Source: a virus (lineage: Duplodnaviria > Caudoviricetes). From it: a stretch of DNA of 30,389 nt. The notes below the pieces were generated by a model that ran no database searches, was not told where the DNA came from, and saw only the letters and a list, made by a program, of their open reading frames with translations. The translations under genes were made by a program, and so were the position numbers. This document shows, one piece after another, positions 7,437-16,075 of the stretch (positions are counted from its first letter, which is position 1; each line of letters begins with the position of its first letter). The DNA is taken from positions 1 through 30,389 of IMG/VR virus record IMGVR_UViG_3300042317_000943; one strand, written 5' to 3'.

Positions 7437-8348
7437 ATGGCTTACGATAGTAACATCCCGGATGCATTTCCGAATCTGTATTCCGACCAATGGCGCCTGG
7501 GCGTGCAACAGCTCGCCAGCCGCCTTGAGTCCGTTGTCAACACCGAGATTGTCAATGGCGAGTCCAAGCGCTACCAGAAACTGCCCAGCGTTGCCGCCCG
7601 GCAGATCACCACGCGCTTTGGCGACACCAACCCGGACGACCTCGATGTCGAATTCCGCCACCTGTATGTCAACTTCAAGGACAGCGCCCACATCGTGGAC
7701 CGCCGCGAAGTGCTGCAGCTCGGCAGCGTGGGCAGCCCGCACTCGCAGATCATGCGCTTGCAGTTGGCCGCCGCAGGCCGCGACCGCGACAAGACCCTGA
7801 TCGACGCACTGGGCGGCACCGTGGCATCCGGTAAAACCGGCGGCACCCCGATTGTTCTGCCGGCCACCTCCAAGGTGGGAGTGTCCTTTGCCGCGAATGA
7901 CTCTGGTTTTACCTTCGAGAAGTTCATCGAATCCTGCCGCCTGCTCGGTTCCGCCGATGTGGCTGGCCAGGATGTGGAGAATCAATCTCCGCTCTCGCTG
8001 GTGCTCTCGCACAACCAGGTGGCCGACATGCTCAAGGAAACCGAATTCACCTCCGCCGACTACGGGCTGCAACGCCTGATGAGCGGGGAAGTGGTCAACT
8101 TTATGGGCGTGGCCATCAAGGCGGTGAGCCCGGCACTCCTGCCCTACACTTCCGCCACCAAGGTGCGCATGTGCTACATGTTCGCCCGCAACAGCGTGGT
8201 CTTCGGCATTGCCGAGAACCCGCAAGCGTGGGCCGACGAGCTCCCCATGAAGCGCCACGACGTGCAACTGCGCACGGAATGGGGCTGGGGCGCGCTCCGC
8301 CTGGACGAAGAAGGAGTCATCGAAATCGCCTGCGACGAAGGTGTCTAA
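7437..8348 (+). CDS. Major capsid protein (HK97 fold, podovirus type)
   Basis: 303 aa. QQ..SRL N-terminal motif, AAGR.RD..LI, FTSADY..L..GEV..FMG and GA.RLDEEGV.EI.CDE C-terminus. Follows the scaffold. Confidence 0.9.
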   Translation: MAYDSNIPDAFPNLYSDQWRLGVQQLASRLESVVNTEIVNGESKRYQKLPSVAARQITTRFGDTNPDDLDVEFRHLYVNFKDSAHIVDRREVLQLGSVGSPHSQIMRLQLAAAGRDRDKTLIDALGGTVASGKTGGTPIVLPATSKVGVSFAANDSGFTFEKFIESCRLLGSADVAGQDVENQSPLSLVLSHNQVADMLKETEFTSADYGLQRLMSGEVVNFMGVAIKAVSPALLPYTSATKVRMCYMFARNSVVFGIAENPQAWADELPMKRHDVQLRTEWGWGALRLDEEGVIEIACDEGV

Positions 8349-8355
8349 CCTTAAC

Positions 8356-8382
8356 CCCCGCCCGGTGACGAGCCGGGCGGGG
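8356..8382 (+). promoter_or_regulatory. Perfect 10-bp hairpin after MCP
   Basis: CCCCGCCCGG-TGACGAG-CCGGGCGGGG with no U tract, so more likely an mRNA stabiliser or processing signal than an intrinsic terminator. Confidence 0.5.
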
Positions 8383-8410
8383 CCAACCTCTACCAGAAAG
8401 ACCAATCATC

Positions 8411-8902
8411 ATGTCCAAAGCAACCGAATCCACCCAATACGCCGCGCAAACCGCCGCGGCTTCCAACTACGCCGGCGTGACGCTCGACAAGCGCGACATC
8501 GAAGGCGCAGTGCAATTCGCCACCATCAAGGTGCCGTTCACCGCTGCTAACGTGGCAAACGATGTGATCGACCTCATCCGCTTGCCGGACGGGGCGCGCG
8601 TGCTGCCCGAGCTCAGCAAGTTCATCGTGACTGGCGACCCGAATGACGGCGCCTTCACCGTGGACGTGGGCGACGCCGCCGACGTGGACCGCTACAGCGA
8701 CGGGGCCAACCTCGCCGCCGTGGGCATCGTGGAATTCCTCACCAGTGCGCTGACCGCCGATGGGTTTATCAACCCGATCGGCGTGAAGAACACCGGCGTG
8801 GCATCCACCGATACCAGTCGCATCCAGCTCAAGATCATCACCGAAGCGGGCACCATGGCCGCGGCCGACATTTACGTCGTGCTGGCCTACAAGTGCCTGT
8901 GA
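8411..8902 (+). CDS. Capsid-associated/decoration (cement-like) protein
   Basis: 163 aa, beta-rich (NDVIDLIRLPDGARVL...VDVGD...DRY). Position after MCP is typical of decoration proteins. Confidence 0.65.
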   Translation: MSKATESTQYAAQTAAASNYAGVTLDKRDIEGAVQFATIKVPFTAANVANDVIDLIRLPDGARVLPELSKFIVTGDPNDGAFTVDVGDAADVDRYSDGANLAAVGIVEFLTSALTADGFINPIGVKNTGVASTDTSRIQLKIITEAGTMAAADIYVVLAYKCL

Positions 8903-8933
8903 CCGATTGACCGCCTGCTGCGAACCCCAAACC

Positions 8934-8975
8934 ACCGGGCGGGCGGTGCTCTTCACATGAGCGCCCCCGCCCGGT
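8934..8975 (+). terminator. Long hairpin between head and tail modules
   Basis: ACCGGGCGGG-c-GGTGCTC-TTCACAT-GAGCGCC-CCCGCCCGGT followed by a short CTT. Confidence 0.5.
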
Positions 8976-8984
8976 CTTGCATCC

Positions 8985-9611
8985 ATGCAGACCCTCACCG
9001 ACCTCGCCAACGCCGCGCTCGCCTACCTGGGTGATGCGCCGGTGTCTTCCATCATTGACGCGGACAGCAAGCCCGCGCGGCTCTGCAACCAGTTTGCGCA
9101 AGCCGCCGTGGATGAGACGCTGCGGCTGGGCCGCTGGAACCGGGCCAGCCGCCGGGCCACCTTGGTGCGCGACGCCGCGCCGCCGGCCTTTGGCTACGAT
9201 TGCAGCTACCAGCTGCCGGATGGCTGGCTGCGCTTGCTCGAGGTGAATGGCGAGCCGTGGGAAGACAGCACGCAGTATTTCGCCCTTGAGGGCGACCGGC
9301 TGCTAACCGATCAGGAAAGCGTGGAGCTGCGCTACATCGCGCGCGTGCCCATTGGTGCCTGCGACGCGCTGTGCCAGGAGGCCATCGCGCTGCGGCTGGC
9401 CGCCAAGATCGCCGTGCCGCTGCTGGGCAACCAGGAGATGCGCGCCATCATGGAAGCGCTGGCCGCCCAGGCGCTGCACCGTGCCCGCCACATCGATGCC
9501 GTGGAAAGCAACGGCAAGGAAAACCCGCCGTGGAACCAGGTGATGTCGCGCAGCCGCCTGCTGCGCGCCCGCGGGGCCCGCCGCAACCCACTGCGACTCG
9601 AAGACTACTAG
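8985..9611 (+). CDS. Tail tubular protein A / adaptor (T7 gp11-like)
   Basis: LANAALAYLG..SI...A.LC, WN.A.RR, P.FGY..SYQLP..WLR, LRYIAR and LRLAAKIA motifs. Confidence 0.88.
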   Translation: MQTLTDLANAALAYLGDAPVSSIIDADSKPARLCNQFAQAAVDETLRLGRWNRASRRATLVRDAAPPAFGYDCSYQLPDGWLRLLEVNGEPWEDSTQYFALEGDRLLTDQESVELRYIARVPIGACDALCQEAIALRLAAKIAVPLLGNQEMRAIMEALAAQALHRARHIDAVESNGKENPPWNQVMSRSRLLRARGARRNPLRLEDY

Positions 9612-9617
9612 CGCCCC

Positions 9618-12600
9618 ATGAGCGAGCAAATCGACCGCCGCATTTCGTTTAACGCCGGGGAAATTTCCCCATGGCTGGATCCGCGCATCGACTTGGAAAA
9701 ATACCAGATGGGCTGCCGCCAGATGGAAAACGTGCGTGGCAGCATGTATGGCGGGGCCGTCAAGCGGGCCGGCACCCAATACCTGGGCGCTGCCCTCACA
9801 GCCGACACCGCGGTGCGCCTGATCCCGTGGCTGGGCGGGGACGGTGCCGATTATGTGTTGGAATTTTCCGACATGAAACTGCGTGTGTGGAATGCCGCCA
9901 CCCAGGCCCTGGTGACATCCACTCCACTGCCGGAGGTGACGCAGATTTACACGGTGGCGGATGTGGCCAACAGCCTCGACCAGAAAACCTTCATTTTGCG
10001 CGGCGCGGCGGATGCCACCGTGGGATTCTGGCTGGATACTAATGGCGCGGGCACCGCACCGGCGGAGGCCCTGGCCTGTGCCACCCAGGTGAAGATCACC
10101 CTGGCGACCGCGGACACGGACGCGAGCGTAGCCACCAAGGTGGCGGCCGTGATCGAGGCCCACGCGGATTTCACCGCCACGGCCAGTGCAAATGAAATCA
10201 TTGTGACGGCCGTGGCCACCGGGCTGCGCACCAATGCCTCGGCCAGCACCTCGGGCTTCACGGTGAATCCCATCCAAAAGGGCGTGACCACCGGGGAGAC
10301 GGTGGAACTCACCACGGTTTACACCGCCGCCCAACTGGAGCAGGTGCAGCACGTGCAGCAAAATGATGTGATGTATCTCACGCATCCGGATCACAAGCCG
10401 CAGGTATTGCTGCGTGCCACCGACTGGCAGATCGGCGATGCGAATTTCGAGTGGCCGGCCACGCTGGGCCCCAACATCAGCAGCACCACCATCACGCCGG
10501 TGATCGCCGCGGGCGTGCCGATCCCCACGCCGGCGGCTTACAATCCGAGCGTGCGCTACACCACCGGGCAGACGGTCAGCTACAAGGGCAGCATTTACGC
10601 CCGCACCTCGGCCTACAGTGGCAAAGTCAAAAACGTCGATCCGCTGGGCAATGCCAGCGTGCTGTTCAACCGGCAGGCATGGCGCTTCTGGAAATTCACC
10701 GGAACGATTCCCTCCCCTTCGGCCAGTGGTTTCATTTACGTGGGCCAATCCATCGGCCTGTTGGCCAGTGGGCCGTTGTTCCAGGCTGGCCATGTGGGCA
10801 CCTCCTGGGTGATTGCGCACAATCGGAACACCCCGAAAACCTCGCTTTACATCACCACAGCCTTCCAAGGGGCATTCAGTGAGCCGGTTTATGTGCTCGG
10901 TGCATTTGTCATTTCAGTGACCAGCCTTGTTGCCGGGGTGACTCCAAAAGGCAGTGCCATCGTAGTCATCCAACAAAGCGACGACATGGTGACTTGGGAA
11001 ACCTACACGGGGTTGGGGATTTATTACCAAAACTCCAACCAGATCGTCACTGGGAATTTTGACGAGCCGGTTTTCTTACGCATCTATGTGGAAGGCAACG
11101 ATGGGCTTATCAACTTTTCCTTAGTGGTGGAAATCACCCCCGACTCCGCAACGCAATACGGCATGGTAGTGATCACCGCGGTGACGGATTCCAAGAATGC
11201 CACTGCCACGGTGACGCGGCCCCTGTATCGTCCGCTGGCCACCCAAGTGTGGGAGGAACCGGCGTTTTCCGCAGTGCGTGGCTATCCGCGCGCCGTCACA
11301 TTGCACGACGGCCGGCTGTGGTTTGGCGGAACAATCCACCGGCCCACCAGTGTGTGGGGCAGTGCGGTGGATGCATATTGGGATTTCCGCCTGAGCCCGG
11401 AAGAGGACCGCGCGCTGCAATACACGCTGGCCACCGATGAGAGCAGCAAAGTGGAGTGGCTCGTTAGCCAAGACTTGCTGGTGATCGGCACCAGCTCGGG
11501 CGAGTGGGTGCTTGGCCAGCGCCCGGGCGACGATGCCATCCGGCTGCGGCGCAATACCTCGTATGGTTCGGCGCCGATACAGGCGCGCGCGATATCCGAT
11601 AGCGTGGTCTTTATTCAAAAAAGCCGCCGCAAGCTGCGCGAGTTCGCCTGGTCTTTTGAGCGGGACGGCTACCTGGCCAATGACCTGACGATGCTTGCCG
11701 AGCACCTCGGGGATGCGGAGATGCGCCAAATGGCCATCCAGCGCAACCCGGAGGCCATCGTGTGGGTGGCCACCACCAGGGGCGATTTGCTTGGCATGAC
11801 CTACGAGCGCGGACAAAACGTGGCTGGCTGGGCCCGTTTTACAACCTCGGGCAGCATCGAGAGCGTGTGCGCACTGCCGGCTACGGCCGAGGAAGATCAT
11901 GTGTGGCTGGTGGTGGCACGGGAAATTGACGGCGCCCAGGTGCGCTACATCGAGCGGCTGGCCCCGGACCAACTGCGCGCCTTGAAACTTGGCGAGCTTG
12001 TCGAGCTGGTTTATGCCGACTGCTCGCGGACCATTGCTCCTGCTGCCAATCCGAGCGGATCGGTGATGGTGTCGGGCTTGGATCTGGCGGTGCCCGCCCT
12101 GGCTTACAACGGCCAGCAGAACAACCGGCCGTATTACAGGGCAGATGGGCTGGTTTATCAGCTCTCGGCAATCCGGCCCTTGGGCAGCGTGACGCTGGAT
12201 CCGGCTGGAGCCAACAATGCGGTGGATGTGGAAACCTCCGACACAAGCATCACCGAGGCTGAAATTGCCATCAATAACACCACCGCCCGCACGGCCCTGA
12301 CGATTGGCCAAACCGGCGGCTTGGTCAAAATCACCAGCGGGGACAAGCGGGTGATGCGCATCTCGGCCAATTTCGGCAGCGGCGTGGAAAACCATGATTT
12401 GACTTATTACGGGCTCTCTGGTGTGAACCCGGTATGGATCAAAAATGTGACCGGCGGCGAAGTGTCCCTGACCCATTTCATTGAGGAGGGCGAATTTGCT
12501 TTGAGCAAAGACATTGGCGAGGGCAGCGATTTTTTTGAATTGGTGTCTGCCGCGGCATTCCCGGACTTGGCGGATTGGTCCCAAGCCACCGCAGCGGAAG

Positions 12601-13379
12601 GCGCGGTGGGCGTGCCCACCGTGACTGCCGCGCCCGCCCTGGGCTCGCACGTGGTCACGCTCATCAATGCGGCCGTTGATATCTTCGATGATCTTGTCGC
12701 CACCCATGCCGCAGGCAGCGACGGCAGCGGCCCTGTAGCGGCCATTGGGCCCGTTGCTTTGACTGGGGCGATCCAGTGGCTGCTCAAGGCGCAGGACAAC
12801 GTGTGGACTGCGGACAGCGCGGAGAATTACCCATGGAACGTGCCGGCGGATGCGTGGGTGGCAATGAACAATGATTTGGGCACTCCGGTCATTGAACCGG
12901 CCAATTCCACGGTCACCGGCCTCGCGCACCTCGAGGGCGAGGAAGTGGTGATACTGGCCGATGGCGCGGTGCACCGCCCGCTGACGGTGGTGGATGGGCT
13001 GATCAATTTGGATTATGTGTGTACCGTGGCTGTGATCGGCTTGCCATACACGGCCATTCTGGAGCCCACCTGGCTGGAAAGCCCGGACGTGGCCGGCTGG
13101 AGCAAAGCGGGCAAAAAACGCATCCACCGCATTGTGAGTTCTTTTTGGAACACCGCAGGGGTCGAGTTGTCCACTGACGATGGCAGCACCTGGACGCCCA
13201 TGGAAACCCGTTTGTCCAACGACACAATGGACAGCAACCGCCCGCTCATCACCGGCGTGCGGGAGGATTTTGTGGGCGGCTCTACGGCCCGGCAGATTTC
13301 GGTGGTGCTCCGCAGCCGCGACCCGCTGCCCATGATGCTGCAGTCGCTACACATCCGTTACCAAATCGACGCCAAATGA
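9618..13379 (+). CDS. Tail tubular protein B / nozzle (T7 gp12-like), enlarged by insertions
   Basis: SFNAGEISP.L..R.DL..Y N-terminus, GYPRAV.LHDGRLWFGG, IGTSSGEW, ANDLT.LAEHL, GLAHLEGEEV.ILADG and GLPYT motifs. Confidence 0.9.
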   Translation: MSEQIDRRISFNAGEISPWLDPRIDLEKYQMGCRQMENVRGSMYGGAVKRAGTQYLGAALTADTAVRLIPWLGGDGADYVLEFSDMKLRVWNAATQALVTSTPLPEVTQIYTVADVANSLDQKTFILRGAADATVGFWLDTNGAGTAPAEALACATQVKITLATADTDASVATKVAAVIEAHADFTATASANEIIVTAVATGLRTNASASTSGFTVNPIQKGVTTGETVELTTVYTAAQLEQVQHVQQNDVMYLTHPDHKPQVLLRATDWQIGDANFEWPATLGPNISSTTITPVIAAGVPIPTPAAYNPSVRYTTGQTVSYKGSIYARTSAYSGKVKNVDPLGNASVLFNRQAWRFWKFTGTIPSPSASGFIYVGQSIGLLASGPLFQAGHVGTSWVIAHNRNTPKTSLYITTAFQGAFSEPVYVLGAFVISVTSLVAGVTPKGSAIVVIQQSDDMVTWETYTGLGIYYQNSNQIVTGNFDEPVFLRIYVEGNDGLINFSLVVEITPDSATQYGMVVITAVTDSKNATATVTRPLYRPLATQVWEEPAFSAVRGYPRAVTLHDGRLWFGGTIHRPTSVWGSAVDAYWDFRLSPEEDRALQYTLATDESSKVEWLVSQDLLVIGTSSGEWVLGQRPGDDAIRLRRNTSYGSAPIQARAISDSVVFIQKSRRKLREFAWSFERDGYLANDLTMLAEHLGDAEMRQMAIQRNPEAIVWVATTRGDLLGMTYERGQNVAGWARFTTSGSIESVCALPATAEEDHVWLVVAREIDGAQVRYIERLAPDQLRALKLGELVELVYADCSRTIAPAANPSGSVMVSGLDLAVPALAYNGQQNNRPYYRADGLVYQLSAIRPLGSVTLDPAGANNAVDVETSDTSITEAEIAINNTTARTALTIGQTGGLVKITSGDKRVMRISANFGSGVENHDLTYYGLSGVNPVWIKNVTGGEVSLTHFIEEGEFALSKDIGEGSDFFELVSAAAFPDLADWSQATAAEGAVGVPTVTAAPALGSHVVTLINAAVDIFDDLVATHAAGSDGSGPVAAIGPVALTGAIQWLLKAQDNVWTADSAENYPWNVPADAWVAMNNDLGTPVIEPANSTVTGLAHLEGEEVVILADGAVHRPLTVVDGLINLDYVCTVAVIGLPYTAILEPTWLESPDVAGWSKAGKKRIHRIVSSFWNTAGVELSTDDGSTWTPMETRLSNDTMDSNRPLITGVREDFVGGSTARQISVVLRSRDPLPMMLQSLHIRYQIDAK

Positions 13380-13885
13380 TCGACATCCTACCACTGGCCG
13401 TTATCCCGTTTCTGGTGCCCATCGCCATGGCGCTCTCGGCCGTGGCCACCGGCGTGGGCACCTTCATGGCTTACCGCGGCCAACAGGCTGCCGCGGATGC
13501 CGCCCAAAAAACCGCCGACTACAACGCCCAGCTGCAACGCACGCAGGCCGCGCAGGAAATGGAGACCGCCAAAGAAAATGCCCGCCGAAAGGCACGCGAG
13601 AATGCCCGCCTGCTGGGACGGCAGCGGGCGGTGGTGGCCCAGTCCGGGCTGGCCATGGAAGGCACGCCCCTGGCGATCCTCGGTGAAACCGCCACTATGC
13701 TGCAGCGTGACATCATGGATATGGGATACTCCGCCCAGCAGCGCGTCCGGGCCCTGCAAGCCGGGGCCAACATGAGCTTGTGGGAAGGCCGCAACCAAGC
13801 CAGCGCGCTGCGCACCAAGGCGCTGACCACCGGGCTGGAAGGGGTGGCTTCCATCTCCCAAGGCTTTCTGAATTACGAAAAATAG
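13376..13885 (+). CDS. Small internal virion/ejection protein (T7 gp14-like)
   Basis: Hydrophobic G/A-rich N-terminus, Q/A coiled coil, G.Q....A.SG...GTPL motif. Located after the nozzle. Confidence 0.75.
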   Translation: MIDILPLAVIPFLVPIAMALSAVATGVGTFMAYRGQQAAADAAQKTADYNAQLQRTQAAQEMETAKENARRKARENARLLGRQRAVVAQSGLAMEGTPLAILGETATMLQRDIMDMGYSAQQRVRALQAGANMSLWEGRNQASALRTKALTTGLEGVASISQGFLNYEK

Positions 13886-13918
13886 CTCCCTTGATTACGA
13901 ACCTAAAATCTGACCGTC

Positions 13919-16072
13919 ATGTCATTGCCCACGCGCTACATTGAGGCCGGACCCGGCATGCCTATGGCCGATCCGGGCGCCGCTGCGGCCCAGGCCAGCG
14001 CCTACGCCGGCCTGGGCAATACCATCGCGCAGCTGGGCGCGGCCGGCATGCAGATGGCCGCCCGCGTCCGGCAAATCGAGGATGGCGGCAAGATCGCGGA
14101 GTTCTCTGCTCGTATGGAAAAGACCGCCTCGGATTTTTCCATCCAGCTCATGACCCGCGAGGACACCGAAAAGTGGCCCGGCGATTGGCAAAAAACCGCC
14201 GAGGCATTGCGCCAGGAAGCCAAGAAACTTGGCATCAGCTCCGGGGCGCTGGCGCAGTTTGAGCAGAAATTCACCCAGTGGAATACCCGCCTCACCATTG
14301 GCTTTGAAACCCAAGCGGCCACCAAGAGCATTGAGATCGCCCGCGGCCGGGTGGCCAATGCCTACCAATTCCACCTGGATAACCAGAATTACGAGGCGGC
14401 CCGCGACACCCTAAGCACCGCTCACGCCACCGGCATCCTCGACAGCGTGGCGCTCGAAAAGGGCCTGATGGACACCGACAAAGCCGCCCGCCACAACGAC
14501 GTGCTGGCCGACATCGAAACCGATGCGGCCGTCTGGCTGAACGACAACACCAACCCGCTGCCCGGCTACGACATGGCCGAGTGGAACCGGCTGCGCAGCC
14601 ACGCCCGCAGCGTAGAGCGGCAAGTGACCTACGAGCAATCCGCCAACGTCATGGACCGGATCATCACCGGCCACATTTCCCGCCCCGAGCAGATCGAGCA
14701 GGAGGCCGCCATGCTCCGTCCCACCGAGCGCGCGAAGCTCGTGGACTTTCTGGCCAGCTACCAACGCGCCGAGGCCGACAACCTGCGCCACAATCCCGAC
14801 TGGCAGGCCGAGCAAGTCGGCCGCTTCAACGCGCTGCTGGCCGACTACGTGCCGGTGACCGGCGACTCGCCCGACATGCCGGGGCTGGAGCTCAATGGCA
14901 TTGTGAAGGCAATGCCGGATGGGCCGCTTAAGGATGACATGACCCGGCAGGTGCGCGCCGTGCTGGACAACCAGCAGGCCGAGGCCAAGACCGCGCTGGA
15001 TCTGCAGCTGGCCGAAGTGACGGCCGCCGCCAAGCGCGGCCAATTCGACCCGCCAACTGCCGAGCCCGAGGAATTTGATACCGACCGCGCGCTGCGCGAC
15101 GGCTGGCTGAGTAAAGCCAACGTGCAAAACCTGCAAGGCTTGGGGTATTCCCAAAACCAAGCCAAGGAGATTGTGGGCGAGGACGATCTGAACAAACGCC
15201 GCAACAAATTCCGCGAGCTGTGGCAACAACGCGAAAACAAGGAGGCCACCGGCCGACCGTGGGACGAGGCCGTCAAAGACGCGCTGCTGGATGGCCGCTC
15301 TACCTTCACCCTGGAGGCCGGCGCTGACCCGGACGAGCTCAGCGCCAACCGCGCGCTGCGCACCGGCAAGATCGAAATTCAAATGCGCGACTGGGCCCGC
15401 CAGCACCCGGAGCTGGCCCGCGACCCGGAAAAAATCCGCGCCCAGCTCCATAAGATTTCCGGCATGGAATTCCGCAGGCCAGCCGCCCGCTTGTCTGCGC
15501 CGCCAAGAAGAGCGGCCGCCGCAACAGGAGAAGTCCCCACCGAAACCAGCATGACCCTGCCGCCTGCGACGGGGCAATTTGGGGTGAGTTACCAAACACG
15601 TGAATATCACAAGCAGAGCAAAGCGGGTGCTCGGCAAGTGTCATTGGATTTCAACGACTCTAACAATCCCGCCGCGCGTGGCGTGGAAGTCATTATTCCA
15701 GACGATCACACACCGGAGGAAAGACAAATAGCGCAGCGCTATGTGGATGCCACGGTGGAATGGTTTGCCAGCAAAGGAGTGCAGGTGCCAAGTCGTGGCG
15801 TGAAAACCCGCAGTGAAAACGGCCGGGGAACGCCGGGAAGATTTCACACCGAACCATTCTTCATCAATGATCAGGCGGCATTGGCGGCCGTCCAGAATGA
15901 CCCGGCTGGATATTCTCAAGTATTGGCCAGCACGTTGGGAACCCTTGCTGGTGTTACATTCATTGCTCCCCATAAGAAAAACGATCCCGGCGCAAGCCGC
16001 GGCAATGTAAACGAGCGGGATTTTGCGCGCACTTACCTTTTGCCAAAACTTGCAGAAATACGGAATTCCTGA
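13919..16072 (+). CDS. Internal virion/ejection protein (gp15-like position) with C-terminal amidase-like domain
   Basis: 717 aa, helical. C-terminus contains SLDFN, ARGVEV, HTEPFFIND and H..NDPGA.....NERD motifs of Amidase_3 in permuted order. Confidence 0.75.
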   Translation: MSLPTRYIEAGPGMPMADPGAAAAQASAYAGLGNTIAQLGAAGMQMAARVRQIEDGGKIAEFSARMEKTASDFSIQLMTREDTEKWPGDWQKTAEALRQEAKKLGISSGALAQFEQKFTQWNTRLTIGFETQAATKSIEIARGRVANAYQFHLDNQNYEAARDTLSTAHATGILDSVALEKGLMDTDKAARHNDVLADIETDAAVWLNDNTNPLPGYDMAEWNRLRSHARSVERQVTYEQSANVMDRIITGHISRPEQIEQEAAMLRPTERAKLVDFLASYQRAEADNLRHNPDWQAEQVGRFNALLADYVPVTGDSPDMPGLELNGIVKAMPDGPLKDDMTRQVRAVLDNQQAEAKTALDLQLAEVTAAAKRGQFDPPTAEPEEFDTDRALRDGWLSKANVQNLQGLGYSQNQAKEIVGEDDLNKRRNKFRELWQQRENKEATGRPWDEAVKDALLDGRSTFTLEAGADPDELSANRALRTGKIEIQMRDWARQHPELARDPEKIRAQLHKISGMEFRRPAARLSAPPRRAAAATGEVPTETSMTLPPATGQFGVSYQTREYHKQSKAGARQVSLDFNDSNNPAARGVEVIIPDDHTPEERQIAQRYVDATVEWFASKGVQVPSRGVKTRSENGRGTPGRFHTEPFFINDQAALAAVQNDPAGYSQVLASTLGTLAGVTFIAPHKKNDPGASRGNVNERDFARTYLLPKLAEIRNS

Positions 16073-16075
16073 ACC

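Noticed and set aside
7189-7800. 203-aa + strand ORF spanning the capsid leader
   Set aside because: Overlaps the MCP in another frame, has R/P/S-biased composition, and the region is better explained as a structured leader.
8320-8411. T7 10A/10B-style frameshift extending the capsid protein
   Set aside because: No slippery sequence is evident before the TAA, and the next gene has its own start.
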